Notes under the pieces: model-generated
What the model was told of the DNA's origin: nothing
Seen by the model: the letters and a program-made list of their open reading frames with translations, nothing else
The model's database searches: none
Virus record (IMG/VR): IMGVR_UViG_3300020045_000751
Coordinates: 1-26,015 of that record
Origin: a virus
Taxonomy: Duplodnaviria; Caudoviricetes
Reading direction: 5' to 3' (one strand)
Length of the DNA stretch: 26,015 bases
Shown: positions 1 to 7,407 of the stretch, piece by piece
Layout of the letters: the number at the start of each line of letters is the position of its first letter
How positions within the stretch are numbered: position 1 is the first letter of the stretch
Position numbers and translations under genes: made by a program

Positions 1-122
1 CTTGCCGCGTATGCGTCACCCTCTGCCTCGCTTGCGAAGGTCATGTAGAGCGGCTTTTCCAGCACGCCAGACCGCTTGAAAACGTACTCCCAGCCGTTCG
101 GCCTTTTGCGCTTGCCTGCCAT
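1..122 (-). CDS. int: Probable tyrosine integrase, N-terminal 40 codons (runs off the window)
   Basis: Not in the ORF track. ATG at 122 is preceded by GGGGAG and reads MAGKRKRPNGWEYVFKRSGVLEKPLYMTFASEAEGDAYAA. This resembles arm-binding N-termini of proteobacterial phage integrases and lies 1.2 kb from the tRNA att core. Catalytic residues are outside the window. Confidence 0.65.
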   Translation of the reverse strand, partial: MAGKRKRPNGWEYVFKRSGVLEKPLYMTFASEAEGDAYAA

Positions 123-149
123 GTCTCCCCCTTCGGTCTTATTGAAGCT

Positions 150-332
150 TTATTTCGCGGCCTCCTTGGCCCTTTCAATGCGACCTCGCACCCACGGAGC
201 ACCGCCCAAGCGCTCCAGCTTTGCGCGATGTTCTGGGGTCATTCTGATGCTGACGGTCACAGTCTCTTCGCCCGCCATCAACGGCTTGCGGCCTTGGCCT
301 CTATCTCCTGGTGGTCGTGGTGTGTTTTTCAT
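150..332 (-). CDS. Small DNA-binding protein (GRKP hook plus ribbon-helix-helix-like region), 60 aa
   Basis: MKNTPRPPGDRGQGRKPL...VTVSIRMTPEHRAKLERLGGAPWVR. The alternating VSIRM strand followed by helices fits an RHH. ATG 332 is preferred over the track start at 368. Confidence 0.7.
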   Translation of the reverse strand: MKNTPRPPGDRGQGRKPLMAGEETVTVSIRMTPEHRAKLERLGGAPWVRGRIERAKEAAK

Positions 333-397
333 GCACAGATGATAGCGCAACACAAAAACAATCTGCATAAACTTGATATTGCACTACAATAACACCC
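333..397. promoter_or_regulatory. Divergent promoter region with a palindromic operator candidate
   Basis: On the plus strand, TACAAT (385-390) lies 7 nt before ATG 398. On the minus strand, TATCAT (339-344) lies 6 nt before ATG 332. Palindrome TATTG-cacta-CAATA at 377-391. No SD on either side. Confidence 0.5.
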
Positions 398-607
398 ATG
401 AAAACACTTCTTGAACTTCAAGCCGCAACCATCGCCGCCCGCGCAAAGGTTGGTGACAAACACATCAGCACGCGAGTGTCTGGCGGACTTATTGATGTGG
501 TTCGCGCCGTTCCGCCGGCCAACATGATCGGGCCGTATGACGTAGCTGTCATTTGCTCCGGACTGACGCCTGCTCAGGCCATCAAGTTCTTGGGCGAAAT
601 GAAATGA
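398..607 (+). CDS. Hypothetical phage protein, 69 aa
   Basis: Clean ORF whose TGA overlaps the next ATG (ATGA, 604-607). Confidence 0.7.
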   Translation: MKTLLELQAATIAARAKVGDKHISTRVSGGLIDVVRAVPPANMIGPYDVAVICSGLTPAQAIKFLGEMK

Positions 608-1266
608 CGGTCGCTGTTCTGTTCGCCCGCGCCGACAGCGTTTACAAGTCGCTGCCAGACTGCGATGTGTACGACATGGATCGTGATGCGCGCACCTATG
701 ACGGCCCGTGGCCGGTAGTTGCGCATCCGCCTTGCCGAAGCTGGGGCAATTTCGCCATGTTCGCCAAGCCGCGCCCGGATGAACGCAACCTTGCCAGGCT
801 GGCCGTCTCCCTCGTGCGTGAGTTCGGCGGGGTTCTGGAACATCCCTATGGATCAAAGCTTTGGGCGGCTCAGTCCCTGCCGAAGCAAGGCGAACGGGAT
901 CAGTTTGGCGGCTTCACGCTTGTGATCGATCAGCACTGGTGGGGCCATCGGGCACAGAAGCGGACCAAGCTCTACATCGTTGGCGTCGATCCCGGTGAAA
1001 TTCCTGAAATGCCTATGAAGCTTGGACGTGCTGAGTTTGTTGTCGGCGACGTGGGCCGCGCATCGACCGGCGACGACCGCCCAGAAATCAGCAAGGCTGA
1101 ACGTGAGCACACACCGCCTGAGCTGGCCGCATGGCTTGTTGACCTGGCTAGCAGATGCGATTGCAAAGCCAAAACTAGGCCGCTACCCTACGCCCTTTCG
1201 CATAATAGCTCGGTTGGCATCCAGTCATTTCCAGTTGGCCGAACACACGCCATAACAGGTATCTAG
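604..1266 (+). CDS. Degenerate DNA cytosine-C5 methyltransferase-like protein
   Basis: ATG 604 is coupled to the upstream stop. It has VVAHPPC (motif IV PC), VLEHP (motif VI ENV-like) and QKRTKLYIVG (motif VIII-like). Motif I FxGxG is replaced by LFARADS. Confidence 0.65.
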   Translation: MTVAVLFARADSVYKSLPDCDVYDMDRDARTYDGPWPVVAHPPCRSWGNFAMFAKPRPDERNLARLAVSLVREFGGVLEHPYGSKLWAAQSLPKQGERDQFGGFTLVIDQHWWGHRAQKRTKLYIVGVDPGEIPEMPMKLGRAEFVVGDVGRASTGDDRPEISKAEREHTPPELAAWLVDLASRCDCKAKTRPLPYALSHNSSVGIQSFPVGRTHAITGI

Positions 1267-1303
1267 CTGGCAGACAGGCGAAGAAAAAGGGCCTGAATTG
1301 CTC

Positions 1304-1316
1304 CAAGTGCTTGATT
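1304..1316 (-). promoter_or_regulatory. IHF-type binding site, left att arm
   Basis: The minus strand reads AATCAAGCACTTG, matching the IHF consensus WATCAANNNNTTR. Confidence 0.6.
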
Positions 1317-1331
1317 TTGTGGGGGTTTTTG

Positions 1332-1379
1332 TGGTGGGTGCTGAGGGGTTTGAACCCCCGACCTACGCCTTGTAAGGGC
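1332..1379 (-). other. Attachment-site core: 3' 48 nt of tRNA-Val(TAC)
   Basis: The minus strand reads GCCCTTACAAGGCGTAGGTCGGGGGTTCAAACCCCTCAGCACCCACCA: TAC anticodon loop, T-arm, 3' acceptor strand and CCA. The D-arm and 5' acceptor strand are absent. Confidence 0.88.
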
Positions 1380-1395
1380 TTAGCAGGGCTAGTGA

Positions 1396-1408
1396 AATCA
1401 ACAGCTTA
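1396..1408 (+). promoter_or_regulatory. IHF-type binding site, right att arm
   Basis: AATCAACAGCTTA matches WATCAANNNNTTR and is inverted relative to the left site. Confidence 0.6.
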
Positions 1409-1501
1409 GAGTCGTCGCCAACTTGATCCGCCAGCCGGTGATACTTGGTGATGACATTTTACAACAGTGCCGTGTGGCATATCGAAGCAGGAGAATGATC
1501 C

Positions 1502-1927
1502 TTGACGCAAGTGATTGAAATCGGCGAATTTCGGCTGAAGCGCGAGCAGAACTGGAAGCGTGAAGGTTGCCAACACGTACGCCTGACCCTTGAGGACGAG
1601 GGTGAGATAGTGATGTGCGACGACTGCGGGAAGCAGGTTGGGAACTATGCCGCGCTTCGCATGCTGGTCGAACGCTGGAGCAAGTTGCAGGAACGGGTAG
1701 ATGCCAAGCAGCGAAGCATTGCAGAAGCGGCAGAAAAGACTATCAGCCTGCGTGCCGCCCAGCGAGTTGAAAAGGCATGGCGCAGCCGGTCAATGACCCC
1801 AACTTGTCCGCACTGCAACGAGGCAATCTTCCCAGAAGACGGGTTCGGCGGGTCAGCCGTAAATAGAGAAATAGCCCTTCGCCGACGCGAAGCAAAGAAA
1901 AACCAACACAGCGGCCATGCCGCATAG
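1502..1927 (+). CDS. Hypothetical phage protein with Zn-ribbon motifs
   Basis: TTG start after AGGAG. Contains CQH...CDDC and CPHC with a coiled-coil between them. Confidence 0.75.
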   Translation: MTQVIEIGEFRLKREQNWKREGCQHVRLTLEDEGEIVMCDDCGKQVGNYAALRMLVERWSKLQERVDAKQRSIAEAAEKTISLRAAQRVEKAWRSRSMTPTCPHCNEAIFPEDGFGGSAVNREIALRRREAKKNQHSGHAA

Positions 1928-1937
1928 GAGAGCGCGA

Positions 1938-2009
1938 ATGACCATCGAACCCACCTACCTGATCTATTGTCTTTCTGGGGCTGGCCTTGTCTGGGCTATG
2001 CGCCGGTAA
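1938..2009 (+). CDS. Possible 23-aa hydrophobic peptide
   Basis: AGGAG upstream. Reads MTIEPTYLIYCLSGAGLVWAMRR. Below the ORF-track cutoff. Confidence 0.35.
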   Translation: MTIEPTYLIYCLSGAGLVWAMRR

Positions 2010-2078
2010 AGTTAGCCTTCTGCAATAACTTCGCAAACTTCGGTATAGACGGCCAATTGTTGACTTTTATCCAGCAGC

Positions 2079-2117
2079 AATAAAAAAGCCCGCCCAATCC
2101 GTGAGGACTGAGCGGGC
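2079..2117 (-). terminator. Intrinsic terminator ending the late operon
   Basis: The minus strand reads GCCCGCTCAGTCC-TCAC-GGATTGGGCGGGC-TTTTTTATT, about 45 nt after the last lysis-region stop. Confidence 0.9.
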
Positions 2118-2160
2118 AAGGTCAGGCTTTCGGCCCGACAGGAGAACAGCGGCAACGCTG

Positions 2161-2661
2161 TTAGGGCGTGGCGACAGGAGCCACAGCAGGCGGAGCAGGT
2201 TCAGCCGGTGCAGGCGCTGGAGCAGGCGCGGAACCCATGGGGACGGTGTAGACAGGCGGGAATACCACCTTCCCGGCCTCTTCCATGCCCTTGATCGAGA
2301 TAGCGCCAATGGTGCCCAGCGTCGCGCCGTACTGAGCCGTATCAGATTCGATCTGTTTGATCTGAACCATACTGTTTCGGTTGATGCCGTACAGGTTTGT
2401 GATGCTTGGCACCAGAATCGAGGCCCACACAAGCGCCTTGTCTTGCGGAGGCGCGATCTTTCCGGCTGAGCCTTGGCGCAGGGCAAGGGCCATGATTGCA
2501 CCCTGGTTGCCAGTCGCAGCCGCAGCGGCCAGGCCCATGACGGCATTGTTGTCCGCTTCAACCGCCTTCTGCTGGACGGCGTAGTAGGCATCGTAGTTCG
2601 TCGCACAGCCAGTCATGGCAAACGCGGCCAGAGCAATTAACGAGATTTTCACGTATTTCAT
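2161..2661 (-). CDS. Lipoprotein with a Pro/Ala-rich C-terminus
   Basis: ATG 2661 is coupled to the Rz stop. Signal peptide with lipobox: MKYVKISLIALAAFAMTG|C. Tail reads APAPAPAPAEPAPPAVAP. Confidence 0.85.
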   Translation of the reverse strand: MKYVKISLIALAAFAMTGCATNYDAYYAVQQKAVEADNNAVMGLAAAAATGNQGAIMALALRQGSAGKIAPPQDKALVWASILVPSITNLYGINRNSMVQIKQIESDTAQYGATLGTIGAISIKGMEEAGKVVFPPVYTVPMGSAPAPAPAPAEPAPPAVAPVATP

Positions 2662-3188
2662 TTGGGTCCTTTCAGTCGGTTGGTGAAGTCGGTCATTTCG
2701 CTGGCGAACTTGTCCCACGCGGGCCAGCTTCCGGTAATGGTTTTGATGTCTGAAACGTGGCCGTCAGCCGTTGCCGCCAGTTCGACAAGAGCGCTTCCGC
2801 ACTCATTGAGTACGTCTGTTGCGGCAGAGGCGTACTTAGTGCAGGCACTGTCGGAAGTGCTGGCGTTACTGGCACCAGCGCTGGAGGACTCGCGCAGCCG
2901 AGCAAGCTCAGACTTAGCGCGGCCAGCAGCAGCAGCGTTTTCAGCGGCTCGGGTTTGGGCGGCTTTGATGGCTTCATCTTTCGTCCTTTCGAGTGATGCG
3001 GTTTGTTCGGCGGCTTGCTTCTGAGCGGACACGATGGCTTCGGACTGCGTTGCCTTGAATTGCGCGAGGTCGTTCTGTGCGCTGTTGACCCGGTAGGCGT
3101 TGATCCCGCCCCATCCGAACAGGCCAGCGCAGATAGCCGCCCATGCGATTCCAGGAACAATATTGAAAAGTCCAGCGATTGCACCCAT
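2658..3188 (-). CDS. rz: Inner-membrane spanin (Rz-like)
   Basis: Starts MGAIAGLF at 3188. N-terminal TM segment, Ala-rich coiled coil and two Cys. Lies after the endolysin and has a lipoprotein gene nested inside it. Confidence 0.85.
   Translation of the reverse strand: MGAIAGLFNIVPGIAWAAICAGLFGWGGINAYRVNSAQNDLAQFKATQSEAIVSAQKQAAEQTASLERTKDEAIKAAQTRAAENAAAAGRAKSELARLRESSSAGASNASTSDSACTKYASAATDVLNECGSALVELAATADGHVSDIKTITGSWPAWDKFASEMTDFTNRLKGPK
2693..2977 (-). CDS. rz1: Outer-membrane spanin lipoprotein (Rz1-like), embedded in Rz
   Basis: MKPSKPPKPEPLKTLLLLAALSLSLLG|CASPP. Lipobox and Pro-rich mature part, in another frame wholly inside Rz. Confidence 0.85.
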   Translation of the reverse strand: MKPSKPPKPEPLKTLLLLAALSLSLLGCASPPALVPVTPALPTVPALSTPLPQQTYSMSAEALLSNWRQRLTATFQTSKPLPEAGPRGTSSPAK

Positions 3189-3298
3189 CACGCACTCCAA
3201 GCAAGAAAAGCCAGCACTCCGACAATCGCCGTAGCCGCCAGGGCAAGAAACACCACGGCACCGCCAAGCACCGCAAATGAAAAGTCTTCTTCGGTCAT
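3188..3298 (-). CDS. 36-aa single-pass membrane peptide
   Basis: MTEEDFSFAVLGGAVVFLALAATAIVGVLAFLAWSA. Coupled to the endolysin stop (ATGA) and the Rz start (TGATG). Absent from the ORF track. Confidence 0.7.
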   Translation of the reverse strand: MTEEDFSFAVLGGAVVFLALAATAIVGVLAFLAWSA

Positions 3299-3771
3299 GA
3301 CTGCAACATCTCGGCAAGGCGACGGGACCAGCCGCGACCAAACACCGGCCACGTTTTCAGGTCCGTCATGAATTGCAGCCGTTCGCCAATCATTCGGCGG
3401 GCGACAAAATCAGGCTGAGCAGCGCGGGCCATTGTCAGCGTCTGACTTCCAATCACACCATCATCGCCAGCGCCTACGGCACGCTGCAGCCATTTCACAG
3501 CCTGCTTTGCCCCGCTGTTCACGCAGGCGTCAAACACCGGATAGCGTATAAGTGGCGGGAGTTCATCAGCACGAACAGCGTCCCAGTATTGACGCTTGTA
3601 GATGGCCTTGGCCTGTTCAACAGGGAAGTTACGCATGTGCCCCGTGTAACCGTTCTGGCGTGCGACTGATTGAGTGACGCCCCAATTGGTAGCGCCGCCA
3701 GGATCAGAAGGATGGTCAACGTAACCGCCTTCGTGCCCTAGCAGTTTGTGAAATGCTTGATCGAAGTTCAT
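3295..3771 (-). CDS. Endolysin, glycoside hydrolase family 108 with C-terminal peptidoglycan-binding region
   Basis: HEGGYVDHPSDPGGATNWGVT, FDACVNSG, LQRAVGAGDDGVIG and FGRGWSRR are typical GH108/PG_binding_3 motifs. Confidence 0.93.
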   Translation of the reverse strand: MNFDQAFHKLLGHEGGYVDHPSDPGGATNWGVTQSVARQNGYTGHMRNFPVEQAKAIYKRQYWDAVRADELPPLIRYPVFDACVNSGAKQAVKWLQRAVGAGDDGVIGSQTLTMARAAQPDFVARRMIGERLQFMTDLKTWPVFGRGWSRRLAEMLQS

Positions 3772-4205
3772 GCGTGTTCCTTTGCGCGTCGCTCAGATTC
3801 GCTCAATTCATCCAAACCGCTAGGCGTCACCAGATCAGCCACGCTTTCCCACGGGGTTGTAAGGTCTGCGCGATATCGGTTAAACGCCTGACGCTCAGAC
3901 TCTTTCATTCTCTGACGCCTGTCTAGAACTTCGCTCATGTAAGCCCCTGCTTTCCAGATCACGCCGTCCTTGATAGATAGGGCAATGACCATTGGGAAGC
4001 TTACAAGGAAAACCATTCCAGAGCCTTTGAACACAGCAGCAAAGCACAGTCCAACGCCAAGCATGGTCAGCGTAGGGAAGAGAATCAGTTTCTCCCAAGG
4101 AGCAGCTTTTTTCAAAGCCACAGCACCTAGAAAATAGTGACCAGCATTCCATAGGCCAAATACAAATGCCGCGACTCTAACGGCCATGTCAAGATCATTG
4201 TCCAT
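3768..4205 (-). CDS. Membrane protein with about 3 TM segments and a charged tail (holin/antiholin candidate)
   Basis: Likely start MDNDLD at 4205. Hydrophobic segments are followed by a charged C-terminus. Directly upstream of the endolysin. Confidence 0.65.
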   Translation of the reverse strand: MDNDLDMAVRVAAFVFGLWNAGHYFLGAVALKKAAPWEKLILFPTLTMLGVGLCFAAVFKGSGMVFLVSFPMVIALSIKDGVIWKAGAYMSEVLDRRQRMKESERQAFNRYRADLTTPWESVADLVTPSGLDELSESERRAKEHA

Positions 4206-4596
4206 CTGCCGCCCTCCCTGCCCGCCGCTTGAATAGGTCAAATACAACAGGGACAAGCCAAGGCCAGCCAGCGCCAAGAATCCCAGCCAGAACCCAATCA
4301 TTGATTGGGGCAGGGTCAACCCACCCCCATTTGACAAGGTACGCCCCAACGAATGGCGCACCGATGCCGCCGAGAAAGATGGATATGACCCCGTTGGCTG
4401 CTGCTTTTGGCTTGTCATCTGGCCTCCAATGGGCGTAAACGACAACAACCGCAAACGTTCCTATCATCCACGGCATCGGATCGTGACCGAGTTGAGACGC
4501 TGTAACCGCCGCCGCACCTCCAGTCGTTGTCGCCAATGCAAGCTTGTGCCCTAACAGCGCAGTAAGAATGAATGTGGCCCTCTTTTTCCATGTCAC
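4195..4596 (-). CDS. Holin-like membrane protein
   Basis: GTG 4596 has a GGAGG SD and a GTGA overlap with the upstream stop. It has 3-4 hydrophobic segments and a basic C-terminus (KRRAGR). Confidence 0.65.
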   Translation of the reverse strand: MTWKKRATFILTALLGHKLALATTTGGAAAVTASQLGHDPMPWMIGTFAVVVVYAHWRPDDKPKAAANGVISIFLGGIGAPFVGAYLVKWGWVDPAPINDWVLAGILGAGWPWLVPVVFDLFKRRAGRAADGQ

Positions 4597-5024
4597 TTGG
4601 GAGCCTCCGCCAGTGTCGGAATATCCGAGTCGCAATGTGCGCCAGTTGGATCAAACGGGTCTGTCAGTCGATAACAAATCACATCGGCCACTTTGAACCG
4701 CCACCCAAGCGAAGGGCCAGCAGCGATATACCGACGAAGGCGGTGGGTGACGAATACATCACCATCAACCCATGGGACTGTGATTCCTTTTATCGTGTGT
4801 TTGCCGACCTTCAAACCTTCCGGCCAGCGCCAGAACGCCAATGACGCAACGGTAAATTGCAGGATTGCGTCCAGAAGAAACGTGACAACAATCACCGGCA
4901 CAGACAGCACCAGCGGAAGCCCGACAAGCCGACCGGAAAGCTTGGCCCGGTACAAACCCATGGCGTGAATGTATAGGTGCCAGAAAATCCAGCAGGCAAG
5001 AAGAACGTAAATTGTTGTGGTCAT
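4593..5024 (-). CDS. Hypothetical phage membrane protein
   Basis: Two N-terminal hydrophobic segments, then VTHRLRRY...ICYRLTDPFDPTGAHC. Coupled on both sides. Confidence 0.75.
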   Translation of the reverse strand: MTTTIYVLLACWIFWHLYIHAMGLYRAKLSGRLVGLPLVLSVPVIVVTFLLDAILQFTVASLAFWRWPEGLKVGKHTIKGITVPWVDGDVFVTHRLRRYIAAGPSLGWRFKVADVICYRLTDPFDPTGAHCDSDIPTLAEAPK

Positions 5025-6244
5025 GTAAGCGTCCCAATGACTGCGATGTTACCCGGCGTCGCAACATTCATTAAGGTTTGAACTTGCCGCATCTTACGCA
5101 TAACGGTTACTTTGCTCAACATTGATTGCACCTGCAATCCAACTCTAGCAACCCGGTCCATGCCGCCGATGATTTGAACGTCACCGTCACGAACGTTGAT
5201 TCCAATATCACATGCAACGTTGTTGCATCCGATAACCTCTGTAAAGCATCCTGAGTTTGTCCCGAGAAACAAACCTTGCGCCTGTCCTGCTGCGGTGAAG
5301 TCAGTCAGCTTGTTGTCTAGCGATGCTCCCTCCAGAAGAACGCCGATTGCACCAGGAACAACTGGAGAGCCATTCAATACAGGCCCGTCCGATGCGCAGC
5401 CTGTTAACAAGTTAGCGTGAACATCAGCAAGCCGGAAGCCACGGAAATACCCATAAGTAAAACAGTTCGTCAGCTTTGCCCAATCAACCGTGTTCTTAAG
5501 CTCAAACCCTATTCCTGGCCGCGTCAGTATCTGCTGCGTGGTGTCGCTTGCCGTCCATGTGTAATTTGCAGTTGTGAACGGCCAGAAGTGGCAACGCGTC
5601 ATGTAAGGAACATCGGTACAGGACGCAACACGAATGCCGTTGATGCAATCACCCTGAACATCAGTGAACCGCAGGCGGGAATAGTTCTTGCTGTCGATGG
5701 CATAGTTGAACCCAAGAAACAGCGCATTCTCAACCCGAGCATCATTCCCGGCCATCGTCGCCGCCGTTCCGCTGAACGCAGCGATCCCGGCCATAGCCTC
5801 AGAAGCGTTTTCAAACGGCAAGTTCAGCCCGTCGCGGACAACAACAGCATTCCCGAAGTACCCAGACGCAGCGACTCGGATTGTCGCCGTCGATGCGAGG
5901 CGAAGAACACCGGGCTTGCGCTCATAATCCGCCGCACCCATACCAAGGTGCACAAGCTGCCCAGCAGCACGAACAGGACCAACAAGAGCCACGTTCTCAG
6001 GCACATACAAATCGCCGAGGATGCGATGGTTGCCCACGTAGTTAACCACCCCGCCGCCAGACGCGCCAACAGCCGCCAGAACAAAATTGAACTCCGATGT
6101 TCTATCTGCCTCTGGGTCACCATCATGAATGGCTTGCTCTACGTATACCGAGTACGAAGACTGTGCGGCTGGGACGATAACAGGCTCTGGCACCCAATTG
6201 AGCGACAGCCTGCCACCGGGGATAGATAGTTCATACCCTGACAT
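5021..6244 (-). CDS. Tailspike-like protein with a pectin-lyase-like beta-helix
   Basis: DRTSEFNFVLAAVGASGGGVV capping motif, then repeated beta-rungs with Asn/Cys (NCFTYGYFRGFRL, GCNNVACDIGINV). Lies in the tail module. Confidence 0.75.
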   Translation of the reverse strand: MSGYELSIPGGRLSLNWVPEPVIVPAAQSSYSVYVEQAIHDGDPEADRTSEFNFVLAAVGASGGGVVNYVGNHRILGDLYVPENVALVGPVRAAGQLVHLGMGAADYERKPGVLRLASTATIRVAASGYFGNAVVVRDGLNLPFENASEAMAGIAAFSGTAATMAGNDARVENALFLGFNYAIDSKNYSRLRFTDVQGDCINGIRVASCTDVPYMTRCHFWPFTTANYTWTASDTTQQILTRPGIGFELKNTVDWAKLTNCFTYGYFRGFRLADVHANLLTGCASDGPVLNGSPVVPGAIGVLLEGASLDNKLTDFTAAGQAQGLFLGTNSGCFTEVIGCNNVACDIGINVRDGDVQIIGGMDRVARVGLQVQSMLSKVTVMRKMRQVQTLMNVATPGNIAVIGTLT

Positions 6245-7407
6245 TATGGAATCTCAGCATCAGCGGTCCACGAGCTGTTAAACCGCCCGACGCCGGTTCC
6301 TGATGCTGTTCGGCCTTCAGTAAAGCTGTGGTTGCTTACGTTTGATGTTGCCCCGCCGACTGCCGGGAATCCAGATGCCCCGACATGAGTCAACACCACA
6401 GTTGGAGGAACCCTTTTCCGAATAGAGAATGTTGTCCGAGAGTAATACGCACTCCCTGACGTTACGTTCCCACTGAATTCCGACCAATCACCGCTTTCGT
6501 AATACCTGCGGCACAAAGCCAAATCAGTGAAGAAATCGTATTCAAATCGGTTCAGGCTAAGCGTGCCCTGCAACTCAGGCCGCACCATCGACATAAGGCC
6601 AATCTGACCGTACATGCGAACGGTGCAGTTTGCCCCTGCGACCAAATCAAACGCCTCACCTTTTGCGCGAGCTACGCCGTCAACCTCAACCGTCCCGGTT
6701 CCGGTCCAGTTACACGAATACTGCCCACCTGAGATACGGTTACCTTCTATAACCTGCTCAGCACCACCAACAGGGGCGACGATGATGTTTCCAAGAATCC
6801 CCGCACCACCAGCAGAAAACGTGATTGATTGCCCTAAAACGACCACGCGAATTCGATCTAGCGTGTATTGGTTTGCTGCAACAGTCGCCGTTCCACTAAC
6901 GTATAGACGCTGGTTAATCAGGAACGCGCCGTTTGCAAAGATGTTGCCAAACGGCGGAGCGGAAGCGTTGTCAGCAATAGACGATTCAAGAACGTCAGTC
7001 GTTGCCTTCAATTCATCAATGGCTTCTTGCACATCGTCAGCAACCATCAATGACACTGTATTGTCATACCCAATTCCAGCCGCTCCAGTTGATGCCGTCA
7101 ATTCATCGAAAATACCTGAATCTGAATTCAGCGTGCTAATGATCAGAATGCCGCGCTTGTCCTTCACCAGAATTGAATAATCCTTGCTGGCCGTGTAGAA
7201 CTTCGATGTGGCACCAGACCGGGCCGGATAGCCATTAATTGTGCGAATCGGCTGGGCTGCTGGGATGGTTCCGGCTTTGTCCCAATAGACAGCCTGCGGA
7301 GATGTTTCTGGGTTTGCGCCAGTCGTGCCAACGTAGATATATCCGTTATCCAACGGAGAGCCGTCATTGTCAAAGAACTGGTTTGCTGGGTTACGGACTT
7401 CGATCAT
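6244..7407 (-). CDS. Tail fibre/adaptor with a P22-type head-binding domain
   Basis: N-terminus FFDNDGSPLDNGYIYVG...NPET...AQPIRTINGYP resembles the P22 gp9 particle-binding domain. It continues with VQEAIDEL and an NGAFLINQR...DLALCRRYYE fibre domain. Confidence 0.85.
   Translation of the reverse strand: MIEVRNPANQFFDNDGSPLDNGYIYVGTTGANPETSPQAVYWDKAGTIPAAQPIRTINGYPARSGATSKFYTASKDYSILVKDKRGILIISTLNSDSGIFDELTASTGAAGIGYDNTVSLMVADDVQEAIDELKATTDVLESSIADNASAPPFGNIFANGAFLINQRLYVSGTATVAANQYTLDRIRVVVLGQSITFSAGGAGILGNIIVAPVGGAEQVIEGNRISGGQYSCNWTGTGTVEVDGVARAKGEAFDLVAGANCTVRMYGQIGLMSMVRPELQGTLSLNRFEYDFFTDLALCRRYYESGDWSEFSGNVTSGSAYYSRTTFSIRKRVPPTVVLTHVGASGFPAVGGATSNVSNHSFTEGRTASGTGVGRFNSSWTADAEIP

Noticed and set aside
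329-856. 175-aa minus-strand ORF
   Set aside because: It overlaps two coupled plus-strand genes and the divergent promoter region, and has a shadow-like Arg/His-rich composition.
1332-1410. Complete tRNA-Val gene
   Set aside because: Sequence 5' of the anticodon stem (1380 onward) has no D-arm and no GGGTGCT acceptor strand. Only the 3' 48 nt are present.
2165-2235. Short GCAGG-type repeats as a CRISPR or repeat array
   Set aside because: They are irregular and simply encode the Pro-Ala tail of the lipoprotein.
3768-4454. 228-aa version of the pre-endolysin membrane protein and the 208-aa version of 16671-17297
   Set aside because: The N-terminal extensions overlap upstream coding sequence. 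The internal starts at 4205 and 17108 fit translational coupling better.
5021-7407. Diversity-generating retroelement acting on tail genes
   Set aside because: There is no reverse transcriptase in the window, and no TR/VR repeat pair was noticed.
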